DNA of 64,000 nt from a virus: positions 1 to 64,000 of the IMG/VR virus record IMGVR_UViG_3300045972_000807. One strand, 5' to 3'. This document shows positions 28,212 through 37,814 of this stretch, piece by piece. Every line of letters starts with the position of its first letter. Within the stretch, counting starts at the first letter, position 1. A program made the translations under genes and the position numbers. Below the pieces are notes generated by a model. That model saw nothing but the letters and a program-made list of their open reading frames with translations, was not told the origin of the DNA and ran no database searches.

Positions 28212-31200
28212 TTATTGACCAAAAAATTGTTCCATCGACTTCTTAGTAGCCTTTGGAATCTCGCGGCGCAGGGCGCCGAAGCTCTTGTGCAGTTCAGCTT
28301 CGTTGGTAAGCACCAGTCCTGACGCGTCCAACTTCTTCAGGAAGGCCACAGCCTCCATTGGAGAGTTGAAGTAACGAGTTAACTGCGGCTTAGCTACATA
28401 AAACTTAACACCTGAGACCTGAACGTTGCGAACTGCTGTAGTGTTACCTTTGTTGCCCATGGATGGCAGACGCAAGTACACCACACCGTTTTCCGTCGAG
28501 ATGAAGGCGTTAACCATCTTCTTATCGGGGTTAGGCTTATGCGTCAACAGATAGAAGTTCTTCTGCTGAGTAGCGTTTGCCATACCAAACAACGACGTAG
28601 CGTTTGCTCGCATGCCCAGCCACTTCGTGTAGAAGTTAGCAAGCAGTTCGCTTTGCTGTTTAGGCATCGTGTAACCGGATGCCTGCAGCTTCTTAAAGAA
28701 GCGCAGCATTGTCTGAGGGTTCAGAAGCTTGGCGTAGTAGTTCGGTGGCGTAGGAACAAACTTCATTGCCTCCAAAATCTTAGCCGTCTTCTTATCCGAA
28801 GCTGGGTCCTTGAAGGTCAAGCCGATGATATCGTTGTTGACCAGCAGGTCCAATGCCACGTAAGCGTGCTTGTCCACTGTTTCCTGTTCGACGACTTCCT
28901 TGATGACCTTCTTGGAAGGCATAACCTTCTTAACGTCAGGCACATCGATCGGTGTGTCGATTGGGATGCTACCTGACATTTTTGCCAGGGCACCGCGAAC
29001 GTCACGACCAGAAGTTTGAGGCTTGGTGATAACGAAAGTGCTCAGGATAGAAGCGTAAACCACTTCACCCGTAGAGAGCTTGACACGGACTTTGCCCACA
29101 CGGAACTTAGCACCGGTGATCTCGCCTTCACCTGCGTCGATGTGAACCTTTAGGCCCAACACCTTGCCCATGAACTCACGGCGCTTGGTCAAGGCAGCAT
29201 CTTCTGCCTCGTCACCTGTAGAGACTGGGTTTTCGTCTTCCTCGCTCTCGCTTTCATCGCTCTCCACAGCCACTTCGTTCAACTGCAGGTACTGGTCAAG
29301 GCGAACCAAGCCCAGCTGATCCGCACCGTACAGGTTCAAGCCCGGCACGTAGGGAATCCGGCGCATGATAGCGCTACCCGGCAGGTCAGCACCCTTTTCC
29401 AGCTTAACCATCTTCAATCGGCCAGCAGGGTCGAGCAGGTGCTTGTTCTGATTACGGAAGGTATCGTAGTCATCCTTCTCGCACATCAAGAACTTACGAT
29501 ACATACCGTCAGGTCCGAGGTACGGCGCCAGTGCTTCCTTGGTGTTGTTCTCGCGGATGTTATCCAGCGAAAGATTGAACAGTTCAGGAACTTCCAAGTC
29601 CGTGTATGCTGGGTTAGCAGCTTCTTCCACAGAGGCAATACGCACCTTCTTGGTCAACAGGTAGGCAACCTTCGTAATGTCGATGGTACCTGAGCACAAG
29701 ATCCAGTCGTAGTAGGTAGCGGGACGAGTCTCAGTGGCCTTCACGTTAGGACGGCCAATACGCGAGTTACCTTGCTCCAGAGCGCCAGGGCTCATAACCG
29801 TTTCGCAACGGATAAGGCGCGAGCAGAACTGGAGATTCAAACCGGTGTCCATACTCTGCGACACACCAATCATCATGTCCTTTTCAGGATTGGTCGCAAA
29901 TTCAGCGCCACATGCTTCCTTCTGGCCGGCCGTGTATGCAATAGTGCGAGCCTTCACATCAGCAGGAAGTGCGTTGTAGAGCTCTTCGGCGGAAGCTGTC
30001 TGGTTGGTGAACACCAGAATCTTGCCTGGGATCTTGGCGCCTGTATGCTCGCGGAAGATCTTGACCAACTCAGCTACCTTAGGCGAATTGCGGTCATCGC
30101 CTTGCAACGATGCGCCCAGTTTATCCCGCGAAGGAGCCACAAGGAACTGCTCCAGGCGAGCCAAGTAAGGACGCAGCAGTTCGTCAAGTCCACCGGACAT
30201 TTCAGACGTTTGATCTTCATCGTCCAATTCGTCCAAGGTTTCTTCGCGTTCTTTGCTGTCCATGTTGGAGAACTGGCCCACGCCCAGCAACTTAGCCAAG
30301 TCCTTGTTCTTTTCAGCGGCCTTCATCAGCTCTTGAATAGAGATATTCAAGATGGAGTCGTACACTTCTTTCTGAGCATGGCTCATTTCCACAAAGTGAT
30401 CCATGGACTCAATACGCGGTGGCAACACAGCAGCCCACTCTTTACGCTTCACGGAAACGTAGCGGCAATTGTCTTTCAGCTTACGCAAGATGTCCAGTTC
30501 AGCTCCGGGCTTCATCTGACGAATCTTGCCAGGTGTGCCGTTGGCGCTGTACTGGGTGTTGAAGTTTTCAACTGAGCCGAACACCGTAGGATCCAACAAA
30601 GAGAACTGGCCTGCGATGTCGGAAGGACTATTGTCCATGAACGTACCCGAGGCAAGACGCTTCTTGGGAATGTCAATCACCAGTGTTGAAATGGCTTGCG
30701 TCTGAGTAGCGCTGGGGTTCTTGACCTTGTGCGACTCGTCCAGGGCAGCGTACTGGAAGTTAAACTGCCGTAGGAATTCGACCACCCGGAATACTTGCGT
30801 AGACGATGTACCGTAGCCGATGTTGAGGGTCTTGCTACCTTTTGCCAAGTTGTAGTCAGCAATAACGATAGTGTTGATTGGCGCAGCCTCAATCATCTTT
30901 TCTAGGCCGGCGTAGCCAATGTTCTTCAGCGTGTAGTGGTTAACCGCTACCACGTTGACCTTACCGTTGGTGAAGTAAGTGAACTCTTGGACGTACTGAG
31001 AGACCAAGTGAGCTGGGCAAAGAACCAGGAAAGGTCCTTTAACGCCTTGAGCCATTTCCTTCAGGATGTCAGTAACGATGATAGCGGTCTTACCGCCACC
31101 GGCCTGCACAGCCAAGATAGCGTTATCCGGGCTATCACGCAGCATGTTACCAACGTTGTGCTGGTGAGGCATCAAGCCGCGTGCATCTGCCATGTAGGGC

Positions 31201-32822
31201 AAAGCAGGTGCTTGGTACGCGGTGTCGATAGGCGCAGCCATGTACTTAGCACGAGCTTGACGATCAGCCTCGATGATCTGCATATGCTGACCAGCGTACT
31301 CGGTGAACACAATACAGGCAGCCAGGAAGCTGGAGATCGTCAACACGGAGTAGATAGCAAAGTAAGCGTCTTCGTTCTTCTTGATGTCAGTAACCAGCTT
31401 GGCCACAGTATCGCAGAAGTGTTGGAACTGAAGCAGTTCCTTTTCCTTTGCTTCCCACTGAGGATTCGTCTTGCATTCCTTCCACATCTTAGCCAACTCG
31501 TAGACGTGGTAGAGTGCAAACTCGGCCAGGAGCGTGCCTTCGTAGTCGGGGTTCAGGTTCAACAGGCGAAGGCCATCGGATACAAACATCGCCAAAGACG
31601 AGAACGAACTGCCGCCTACCTTGCCCGACAAGGAGGAAACACGGGTCATGAAGTTCTGCAGCTTGTCATTGCCCATCATGGGGCTCATGATGAAGCCACG
31701 AATCTGGGTAACGTTCAAAGGCTGGGCGCGTGACAGGTCACGGATTTCCAGATTGCCTTCACCGTTAACATAGCTCCACTTCTTGTTGACCCAGTCAATC
31801 AAGACGTTTTGCATACCTGGAAGCTTCTTGACCTTGTCTTCATAAGCCTGGCTCATTGAGCCGTCAGGGTTCAGGAGCTCGGTAGCCATCGCAATGTCGT
31901 AACGGCTAATGTTGTTGACTTCCTTGGGAAGATACAGCAACGTAGCGTCAGTGTCGATCAGGATGCCGTCCTTGTTGGTACGAGGCTCACCGCCGACAGG
32001 GATAGTAGCCGCGATGTCGGCGAGGGGCTTGGTTGTCTTGGGCAGGTCAATAGACGCGTTGGTGCGGCCTTGAGCCCAGGTACGGACAAGGCCGTACAGG
32101 TCAATCACACGGACGTTATCGAAGTCAGTGTTGCACAGGTAGGCTACTTGCTCGCGGTTCAGAGTAACCTCAATGAACAGGCGATACATCGAGCCAGACT
32201 GGACAATACGGAACTTGCCGTGCAGGGCGCGCAAGATGTTGGCGTCTTTGCCTTCAACGTAGGCGAACTTCAGAGCGTCGGTAGAGACTTCTTTCTCTTC
32301 AACCGTAATGGAGTTGTTGGTAAAGAACTGAGTGGCCGCGTCCTGCGACGTAGACACAGCGCCCATCATCCGAGCCATGTCGGTGGTGAACGAAATAACG
32401 GGGATGGAAACCTCGGCGCCTGTTGCTGTAAGGGTAACCTTAGCAAACTTGGCAGCACCCAGAGATTCCGTAACAGCCTTGGAGATAACGGGCAGCATTT
32501 GACGATGCTGCTTCATTACCTTTTTGAGGTTGTTAAACGGGAATTCAGGCTTGAGGACTTCGGTTGTCACCGCGCTCCACAGCTGGACATCGCGCCAGCT
32601 TTTGGAACCCATCTTGAACAGCGCAATAAGGCTGGTAACGTTGGACTTTGCCAGCGGGTAAACCTTGGTGTCCAACAGATTGGACATAGGACGCTTAGGC
32701 TTGCCTGAGCCGTTGAACAGAGATAGCACAACGCCAGTGCGGGCTAACGCAGGGCCGGCCTCTACCGTGTGTGCCATCATGTTGACGGCAGGCTTTTTGA
32801 AAAGGTTTAGTGCTGTAATCAT
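28212..32822 (-). CDS. large SNF2-family helicase/ATPase
   Basis: LMPHQ, AGGGKT, LCPAHL, LDESH, ASGT, SPKV, KILVF, TGLNLQ, QGNSRIGR; long N- and C-terminal extensions. Confidence 0.9.
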   Translation of the reverse strand: MITALNLFKKPAVNMMAHTVEAGPALARTGVVLSLFNGSGKPKRPMSNLLDTKVYPLAKSNVTSLIALFKMGSKSWRDVQLWSAVTTEVLKPEFPFNNLKKVMKQHRQMLPVISKAVTESLGAAKFAKVTLTATGAEVSIPVISFTTDMARMMGAVSTSQDAATQFFTNNSITVEEKEVSTDALKFAYVEGKDANILRALHGKFRIVQSGSMYRLFIEVTLNREQVAYLCNTDFDNVRVIDLYGLVRTWAQGRTNASIDLPKTTKPLADIAATIPVGGEPRTNKDGILIDTDATLLYLPKEVNNISRYDIAMATELLNPDGSMSQAYEDKVKKLPGMQNVLIDWVNKKWSYVNGEGNLEIRDLSRAQPLNVTQIRGFIMSPMMGNDKLQNFMTRVSSLSGKVGGSSFSSLAMFVSDGLRLLNLNPDYEGTLLAEFALYHVYELAKMWKECKTNPQWEAKEKELLQFQHFCDTVAKLVTDIKKNEDAYFAIYSVLTISSFLAACIVFTEYAGQHMQIIEADRQARAKYMAAPIDTAYQAPALPYMADARGLMPHQHNVGNMLRDSPDNAILAVQAGGGKTAIIVTDILKEMAQGVKGPFLVLCPAHLVSQYVQEFTYFTNGKVNVVAVNHYTLKNIGYAGLEKMIEAAPINTIVIADYNLAKGSKTLNIGYGTSSTQVFRVVEFLRQFNFQYAALDESHKVKNPSATQTQAISTLVIDIPKKRLASGTFMDNSPSDIAGQFSLLDPTVFGSVENFNTQYSANGTPGKIRQMKPGAELDILRKLKDNCRYVSVKRKEWAAVLPPRIESMDHFVEMSHAQKEVYDSILNISIQELMKAAEKNKDLAKLLGVGQFSNMDSKEREETLDELDDEDQTSEMSGGLDELLRPYLARLEQFLVAPSRDKLGASLQGDDRNSPKVAELVKIFREHTGAKIPGKILVFTNQTASAEELYNALPADVKARTIAYTAGQKEACGAEFATNPEKDMMIGVSQSMDTGLNLQFCSRLIRCETVMSPGALEQGNSRIGRPNVKATETRPATYYDWILCSGTIDITKVAYLLTKKVRIASVEEAANPAYTDLEVPELFNLSLDNIRENNTKEALAPYLGPDGMYRKFLMCEKDDYDTFRNQNKHLLDPAGRLKMVKLEKGADLPGSAIMRRIPYVPGLNLYGADQLGLVRLDQYLQLNEVAVESDESESEEDENPVSTGDEAEDAALTKRREFMGKVLGLKVHIDAGEGEITGAKFRVGKVRVKLSTGEVVYASILSTFVITKPQTSGRDVRGALAKMSGSIPIDTPIDVPDVKKVMPSKKVIKEVVEQETVDKHAYVALDLLVNNDIIGLTFKDPASDKKTAKILEAMKFVPTPPNYYAKLLNPQTMLRFFKKLQASGYTMPKQQSELLANFYTKWLGMRANATSLFGMANATQQKNFYLLTHKPNPDKKMVNAFISTENGVVYLRLPSMGNKGNTTAVRNVQVSGVKFYVAKPQLTRYFNSPMEAVAFLKKLDASGLVLTNEAELHKSFGALRREIPKATKKSMEQFFGQ

Positions 32823-32827
32823 AGGAG

Positions 32828-33529
32828 TTAGAACAGTTTTTTAACGCCGTTAAAAGGGTACTTGCGAACCATTGGTGTCCAGATCTTTGTCTCAATGTGC
32901 TTTGCGAGCGCCTTATGAGTTTTCTTTCCGGAGACGATGGGCAGGGAGTGGCAGTAGATACTGAGGACTACAGTCGCTGCTGAACTTCCTATAAAATTGA
33001 TCACTATTGACGTTGCCGCGTTGATCTCTTTCTTGTATGATCTTTCTTCTATCTTGGTGAAGCCAGGTAGCGGATTACCTAATAGCCACTTCTCAAGCGT
33101 GGGATCCTCATTCGCCTTTAGGCGCGCGGTATTCACCACATGAAAGTTACGCTCAGCCTGGCCGGCGACTGCGGCCGTCCGGGTGGCTGAGGAGATCGTG
33201 AAGAACTTGAAGAGCTCTGTGTCGTTGCAGTATTTAACTGCCTTGACTCGATTGGATTTTAACCAATCCTCGATGCCCTTATTCACAGCCTTGGCGTTAG
33301 CATGATCGAACGGGTCAATGTCAGCATCCTTGCAGATCGAAAGGAACTGGCGAATGGTTTTCATCCAGGTATCCAGGGTATCGGTTCCCTGCGGAGTCTT
33401 TTCCAGAGCCTTCACCCAGTGCTTGAGTGCTTTATGGTTATAGGCTTTGGGGTACCTGGATACGGTTGGATTCAAGTGGCCGTCCACGCCAAGCAGTGTT
33501 AGACTTTCATTTGCGATTTTTGCTACCAT
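32828..33529 (-). CDS. hypothetical protein
   Basis: 233-aa ORF directly upstream of SNF2. Confidence 0.75.
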   Translation of the reverse strand: MVAKIANESLTLLGVDGHLNPTVSRYPKAYNHKALKHWVKALEKTPQGTDTLDTWMKTIRQFLSICKDADIDPFDHANAKAVNKGIEDWLKSNRVKAVKYCNDTELFKFFTISSATRTAAVAGQAERNFHVVNTARLKANEDPTLEKWLLGNPLPGFTKIEERSYKKEINAATSIVINFIGSSAATVVLSIYCHSLPIVSGKKTHKALAKHIETKIWTPMVRKYPFNGVKKLF

Positions 33530-33576
33530 GGCAGTTCTCTTTGTGCTTGTTGGAATGTGTATTAAAAGGTTTCAGG

Positions 33577-34263
33577 CTAACCCAAGGATTTAACGACTTG
33601 CTCAGACACGTCTCGGTATTGTGCCATCATGTAGTCAGCCATGCCCTTCTTGGCTTGCTCTACGGTAACACGGAATTCCTTGAAGTCTTCCTTGTCCATA
33701 CGGCCCTTAGCAGACTCTTGGACTAGCGTCATGCTAGTAACCAGCTGAGAAGCAATGTCCATGTAGGAAGGGCGAATGGTGCGATCAACGATAGACTGGC
33801 CTAGGTTGGCTTTGTCCTTCAACACCTGTAGGTCGCCCAGCAATTCGCGTACCGTGCTTACCAAGGTATTGAAACCGTAGATGCCTTTAGTGGATTTTGA
33901 TTCGCGGATGTGATGCTCGGCCATAGGCAGAACTTCGCATACGGATTGGATGAGTGCCTTAATGATTAGGCTGGACGCTCCATCTGCGTTGCCCATGCTA
34001 ATCATTTCTACAATCGTATCCGCCTGCGTACCGAACCGTGAGTTCAGAGCCATGACCACTTCCGGGTCTTTTATGGCTACAGGTTTGTTTCCGTTAACCG
34101 ACACCAAGGCAAGCTCAGTGCCTGTCTTGGTCTTCAGCTTAGTGGTTGGTTTCTTCTTGAGCTCTTTTGTCTTAGTGTCCACGTCCTTTGCCTTGATAGC
34201 ATCGGACTTGGGCACACGGAGTTTAGGCTTAGGAGCCTGACTAGGTTTAGTTGCAAATCTCAT
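33577..34263 (-). CDS. hypothetical helical protein with Lys-rich N-terminus
   Basis: 228-aa ORF. Confidence 0.75.
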   Translation of the reverse strand: MRFATKPSQAPKPKLRVPKSDAIKAKDVDTKTKELKKKPTTKLKTKTGTELALVSVNGNKPVAIKDPEVVMALNSRFGTQADTIVEMISMGNADGASSLIIKALIQSVCEVLPMAEHHIRESKSTKGIYGFNTLVSTVRELLGDLQVLKDKANLGQSIVDRTIRPSYMDIASQLVTSMTLVQESAKGRMDKEDFKEFRVTVEQAKKGMADYMMAQYRDVSEQVVKSLG

Positions 34264-34268
34264 TTTGT

Positions 34269-35045
34269 TTAGTGCTTTACCAACACACGGAACTGGTTAG
34301 GCAACTCCTGGATTAGCATGTAGGAATCTTGGAACATATGGCTGCGGTCGCCTACTTCTTCGTACCCAGCTTTGTCGGCTACGTGCCGTATGTCATTGAA
34401 AAAGTTAGTCAAAGCGCCCTTGGGATCCTTGGGATTGTCTTTGACCTTAAAGAGATAGTTCTCTTCATGCGTAGACGGCTGGGTAACCTTGTAGCACTCA
34501 AGGTAGAACATGTCTGAGTAATAGCCGATAGGACTTTGGGCATCGTAATGCGGGTTAGCGGCTTCTTTGAACTCTTTAGGCAGTGCTCGGCACAGGCGTG
34601 TAAAGAAGTCCATACCTGTTACAGCTTCTACCTTGATCCTTTTAGCTTTAACCTTGGACTTTACCTTGTCCACTGGGTAGGAAGCCACCACGGTTATAAG
34701 CTCTTCGCCGTAACCATTGAAGTTGCTTACGACCCCTTTTATCATGGGCATAACGTGGGCTCTTGTAAACACTAAACCGGTGTGCAACTTACCCAGTTTG
34801 TGAGCAGAGAACTCCTTAGGAGTCTTGTCCTTAGCTTCCCTTGTGAGATTAAGGTTAGGCATCTCACCGTAGATGTTCCACACTATACCGATAACCTGTT
34901 TTACCATCAGGCCTTCAGACTTACCGTCCCAGCCTTCGTTAACGGCCAACCGCTTTACTCGGGCTTCTGACACCTTGGTAGTCTCAAGTATCGCATGAAG
35001 CCAGCAAGGCATCTTCCACGGGGGTACGTATGGTTTAATAGGCAT
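34269..35045 (-). CDS. hypothetical protein (MPIK leader)
   Basis: 258-aa ORF in a tight operon. Confidence 0.75.
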   Translation of the reverse strand: MPIKPYVPPWKMPCWLHAILETTKVSEARVKRLAVNEGWDGKSEGLMVKQVIGIVWNIYGEMPNLNLTREAKDKTPKEFSAHKLGKLHTGLVFTRAHVMPMIKGVVSNFNGYGEELITVVASYPVDKVKSKVKAKRIKVEAVTGMDFFTRLCRALPKEFKEAANPHYDAQSPIGYYSDMFYLECYKVTQPSTHEENYLFKVKDNPKDPKGALTNFFNDIRHVADKAGYEEVGDRSHMFQDSYMLIQELPNQFRVLVKH

Positions 35046-35048
35046 GAT

Positions 35049-35435
35049 TTAGTTGTCCTGATCTAGATAGTCCATAACAGCTTGGTACTCTTTTGGATTA
35101 GAGACCTTGCGGAATTGTAGTGCGTAGTCATCGTTGTCTTTGACCATCTGCAGTATTGAGTCTTGCGCCCCAAGCTCTTGCATTAGCTTGAGTGCTTCCT
35201 GCTCGTTACCTTTGGTGTACTCTTTAAGGAGCCCCTGGAGTAACCTGTTAGCCTTAGTTGACATTGTTTTAACTACGTTCCTAGGCGCCGGGTTACCGTC
35301 AGCCATATTGAAAGTGGAACGCCGCTCGCTAAGGATGTCTTCCAGAAGCATTGTCTTGTCGTACGCTTTAACTATAACCGAAGGCAAGGTATAGCGGTGC
35401 ATGTTTGCCATAACCCCATACTTCCGAATGCTCAC
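35049..35435 (-). CDS. hypothetical protein (SIRK leader)
   Basis: GTGA overlap with the Nudix stop; GGGAG RBS. Confidence 0.7.
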   Translation of the reverse strand: MSIRKYGVMANMHRYTLPSVIVKAYDKTMLLEDILSERRSTFNMADGNPAPRNVVKTMSTKANRLLQGLLKEYTKGNEQEALKLMQELGAQDSILQMVKDNDDYALQFRKVSNPKEYQAVMDYLDQDN

Positions 35436-35938
35436 AGTGTTCTCCCAAACTTCACCATAGCCAAAGTAGCCAACAGAAGCGCGTCTTCTGTTTTAAGAAG
35501 GTCTTCCAGGGAGTGCCATCGAACGTAAGCGTTCTCTTCCACCTCGCTACCGTCACCCACCGCCTGAGTAAATCCGCAACCGGCAAGGTCAGCGGAGAAC
35601 GAATGCGTTACCTTGGTGCACCCCTTGTAGGTGTACACTGGACCGTGGTAGGTCACAGCTTCTTCTAGCACAACAGCGCCAGCCTCTTCGCGAAGCTCCC
35701 TCAGGCAAGTCTGCATAGGAGTCTCGCCTGGGTCTATGGAGCCTGTTAAGCTACACAGCTTAGGCTTGTTTGAAACCGTAGCGCTCATCTGCTCGTGCAA
35801 TAGCAAAAAAGGACGGCCATCAGTGCGTGTTGAGTCGTAGCACAAGCAGGTGATGCCATCGTGGTTCTCAGCCAGGTACTCGATGCCTGAGTCTGTTATG
35901 TTGTGGCTGAACCAACCACCGTCGTAGAGTTTAGTCAT
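35432..35938 (-). CDS. Nudix hydrolase
   Basis: Nudix box GSIDPGETPMQTCLRELREEAG. Confidence 0.9.
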   Translation of the reverse strand: MTKLYDGGWFSHNITDSGIEYLAENHDGITCLCYDSTRTDGRPFLLLHEQMSATVSNKPKLCSLTGSIDPGETPMQTCLRELREEAGAVVLEEAVTYHGPVYTYKGCTKVTHSFSADLAGCGFTQAVGDGSEVEENAYVRWHSLEDLLKTEDALLLATLAMVKFGRTL

Positions 35939-36750
35939 TTTGTCGCAGTACCGTAAGCAGGCAAAAGTGGAGGTTTATTTGCTGTCAAAATCTTTGAGAT
36001 TGTCTTGTCAGCCAATAGCTTGTTGGTTGCGTTAAGCATAGGCCTGTAAAGATGCATGTTCTTGCTCTTGCGGGAAAACCCAAAGCCTATGAAAGCGTCT
36101 TTTATGCTTCCTGCGTACTTAGGTCCTCTAATGCTTCCCTGCGAAAGCATAAAATCCCCAGCGTCCTTATTAACAACCACCGCGACCTTAGTTCCCTTGG
36201 GAGACATTATCAAATTCTGAAACGCCATGATATTGCTCGAGGACAATACAACGCTTTTGGGCTTTGTTTCTTGTGCTACCAAAGAGGTTGCAGAAGGTCC
36301 AAAAGAGTAAATCGTAAAGTCACTTATTTCGTCTGAACCGGTGTCCCACGTCCAACGAGAGTCGTACGGAACAAAAAAGGCGTAAGACGAACGGACGATG
36401 GGCGTTGAGGCGTAAAGGATCTTTTCGTTACGCTCTTCCGGGTCTTCGTTAACAGTAAGCGTGAAGATTACATCCGCTTCCCCTGTGGCTACAAGCTGCA
36501 TCGACTCTTGAAAAGAATGCATCTCAGTCGTACACGAAATCTTAGCTTCAGAACAGATCGCGCTCATAACCTTAACAAGAGCCCCATCTATAACCCCGTT
36601 ACTCTTATAGGAGAACGGTGGGTATACGTGAGACACTAGCTTCAGGCTTTCCGTAGGAGCAGGCTCTTTGCTCTTTACGGGTTTACCGGCCGATACTGCG
36701 GCGATTACGATCGTCAGCAGTATGCCGCTTACGGCAAGTTTCTTAATCAT
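35935..36750 (-). CDS. periplasmic solute-binding protein (family 3 / PBPb-like)
   Basis: Signal peptide MIKKLAVSGILLTIVIAAVSA; YPPFSY...IDG...; LVATGEADVI; ER...TPI; GFGFSRK; ATGATTAA overlap with the upstream gene. Confidence 0.8.
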   Translation of the reverse strand: MIKKLAVSGILLTIVIAAVSAGKPVKSKEPAPTESLKLVSHVYPPFSYKSNGVIDGALVKVMSAICSEAKISCTTEMHSFQESMQLVATGEADVIFTLTVNEDPEERNEKILYASTPIVRSSYAFFVPYDSRWTWDTGSDEISDFTIYSFGPSATSLVAQETKPKSVVLSSSNIMAFQNLIMSPKGTKVAVVVNKDAGDFMLSQGSIRGPKYAGSIKDAFIGFGFSRKSKNMHLYRPMLNATNKLLADKTISKILTANKPPLLPAYGTATK

Positions 36751-37204
36751 ATTCGGTAGTCTCAAAGCAGATGTCGTCCACAGACATTGTGAACTGTCTC
36801 TGGGACAGAGTGGGCCACCAGCTGTACTCTACAGCAACACACCATTCACCCTGGACTATCTTGGGTATTATGGTGGAAGAAGCTACTTTGAAATCTTCAT
36901 CAACTGAGCTAAAGGACGTTCCGTCAATCAGGAGGTAGTCCTCAGGATGACCTTTACGGTACAGCTTGTGTGCAGAGCTTATGACTGACTTTTTAAGCCC
37001 CTTCATAGTCCTTACTTCCATAAGGATAGACGTATTCTGGGACTTGTTATGATTTACGATCACTATAGCCTCTTTTTGCCTGAAGGGAACCTCAGACACA
37101 AAGGATACCATCACGATGTACATAACTAGGAACACAAGGGCTGCTACGAGTAACCGTAGCACCCAACTGCTCACTTCCATTAGTCGCTCACTGAGCGTGC
37201 TCAT
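36743..37204 (-). CDS. single-TM protein with probable periplasmic beta domain
   Basis: N-terminal TM helix, two Cys in the C-terminal domain; coupled to both neighbours. Confidence 0.75.
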   Translation of the reverse strand: MSTLSERLMEVSSWVLRLLVAALVFLVMYIVMVSFVSEVPFRQKEAIVIVNHNKSQNTSILMEVRTMKGLKKSVISSAHKLYRKGHPEDYLLIDGTSFSSVDEDFKVASSTIIPKIVQGEWCVAVEYSWWPTLSQRQFTMSVDDICFETTEYD

Positions 37205-37770
37205 TTTCCAGGCTCCTTAGTCGAGTGCTCGCTAACAGGGGCTGCTTTAGCAGCTCTTTCTGTTATAGCTTTATCGACCCATTCGGCAAATTGGGACTTT
37301 AGACCCAATAGCATAATGGCAACCAATGCCATAAATATACCCTGAACCACAGTCTTGATGAACTTTTCCTTCAAGTCCTTTTTGAGCTTCTTGTCTTCAG
37401 CTTCTTTCTCACGTTTGATCTTAAGCTGTTCAGCATACTGATCGTGATGCTCGTGATGCTCGTCTGCACTCTTTCCCGGGAGAGACTCCACAATGCTTTC
37501 GACGTGCCGTTTTATGTGCCTAACGTCGGTCTCTAGCCTAGTTAACCTATGCTCGTGTACCTGCAGAGCTGGTTGGGAAGACGCGGGGATAACAGGCGGA
37601 GTCTTGTATTCACGGCGTACAGAATGTTCCAAAGGGACAGGTTCAGAGTCTACCGGGCCATAGCCTCCCAAGGGAGCTAAGTCTGAATCTGGCGGGAACT
37701 CTTTACGCTTGTTAACGGACGGCGGCAGATCGCGCGGACGTTTAGGTTCGTTGGACTGGTCGTCGGTCAT
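37201..37770 (-). CDS. coiled-coil protein with C-terminal TM helix (holin-like candidate)
   Basis: GAGG RBS; EHRLTRLE coiled coil, His cluster EHHEHHD, one TM helix. Confidence 0.65.
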   Translation of the reverse strand: MTDDQSNEPKRPRDLPPSVNKRKEFPPDSDLAPLGGYGPVDSEPVPLEHSVRREYKTPPVIPASSQPALQVHEHRLTRLETDVRHIKRHVESIVESLPGKSADEHHEHHDQYAEQLKIKREKEAEDKKLKKDLKEKFIKTVVQGIFMALVAIMLLGLKSQFAEWVDKAITERAAKAAPVSEHSTKEPGK

Positions 37771-37814
37771 AAACACCTCATAGTTTGGATTAGGCTAGCT
37801 GAGGTTTAGTTATT

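Noticed and set aside
28539-32708. Large + strand ORFs opposite SNF2 (also 42419-43330 and 53770-54390)
   Set aside because: Antisense shadows expected from biased codon use in well-supported minus-strand genes.
10573-32822. Inteins in terminase, RecA, polymerase or SNF2
   Set aside because: No C/S...HN-C/S/T splice junctions or LAGLIDADG blocks were seen; the insertions are short.
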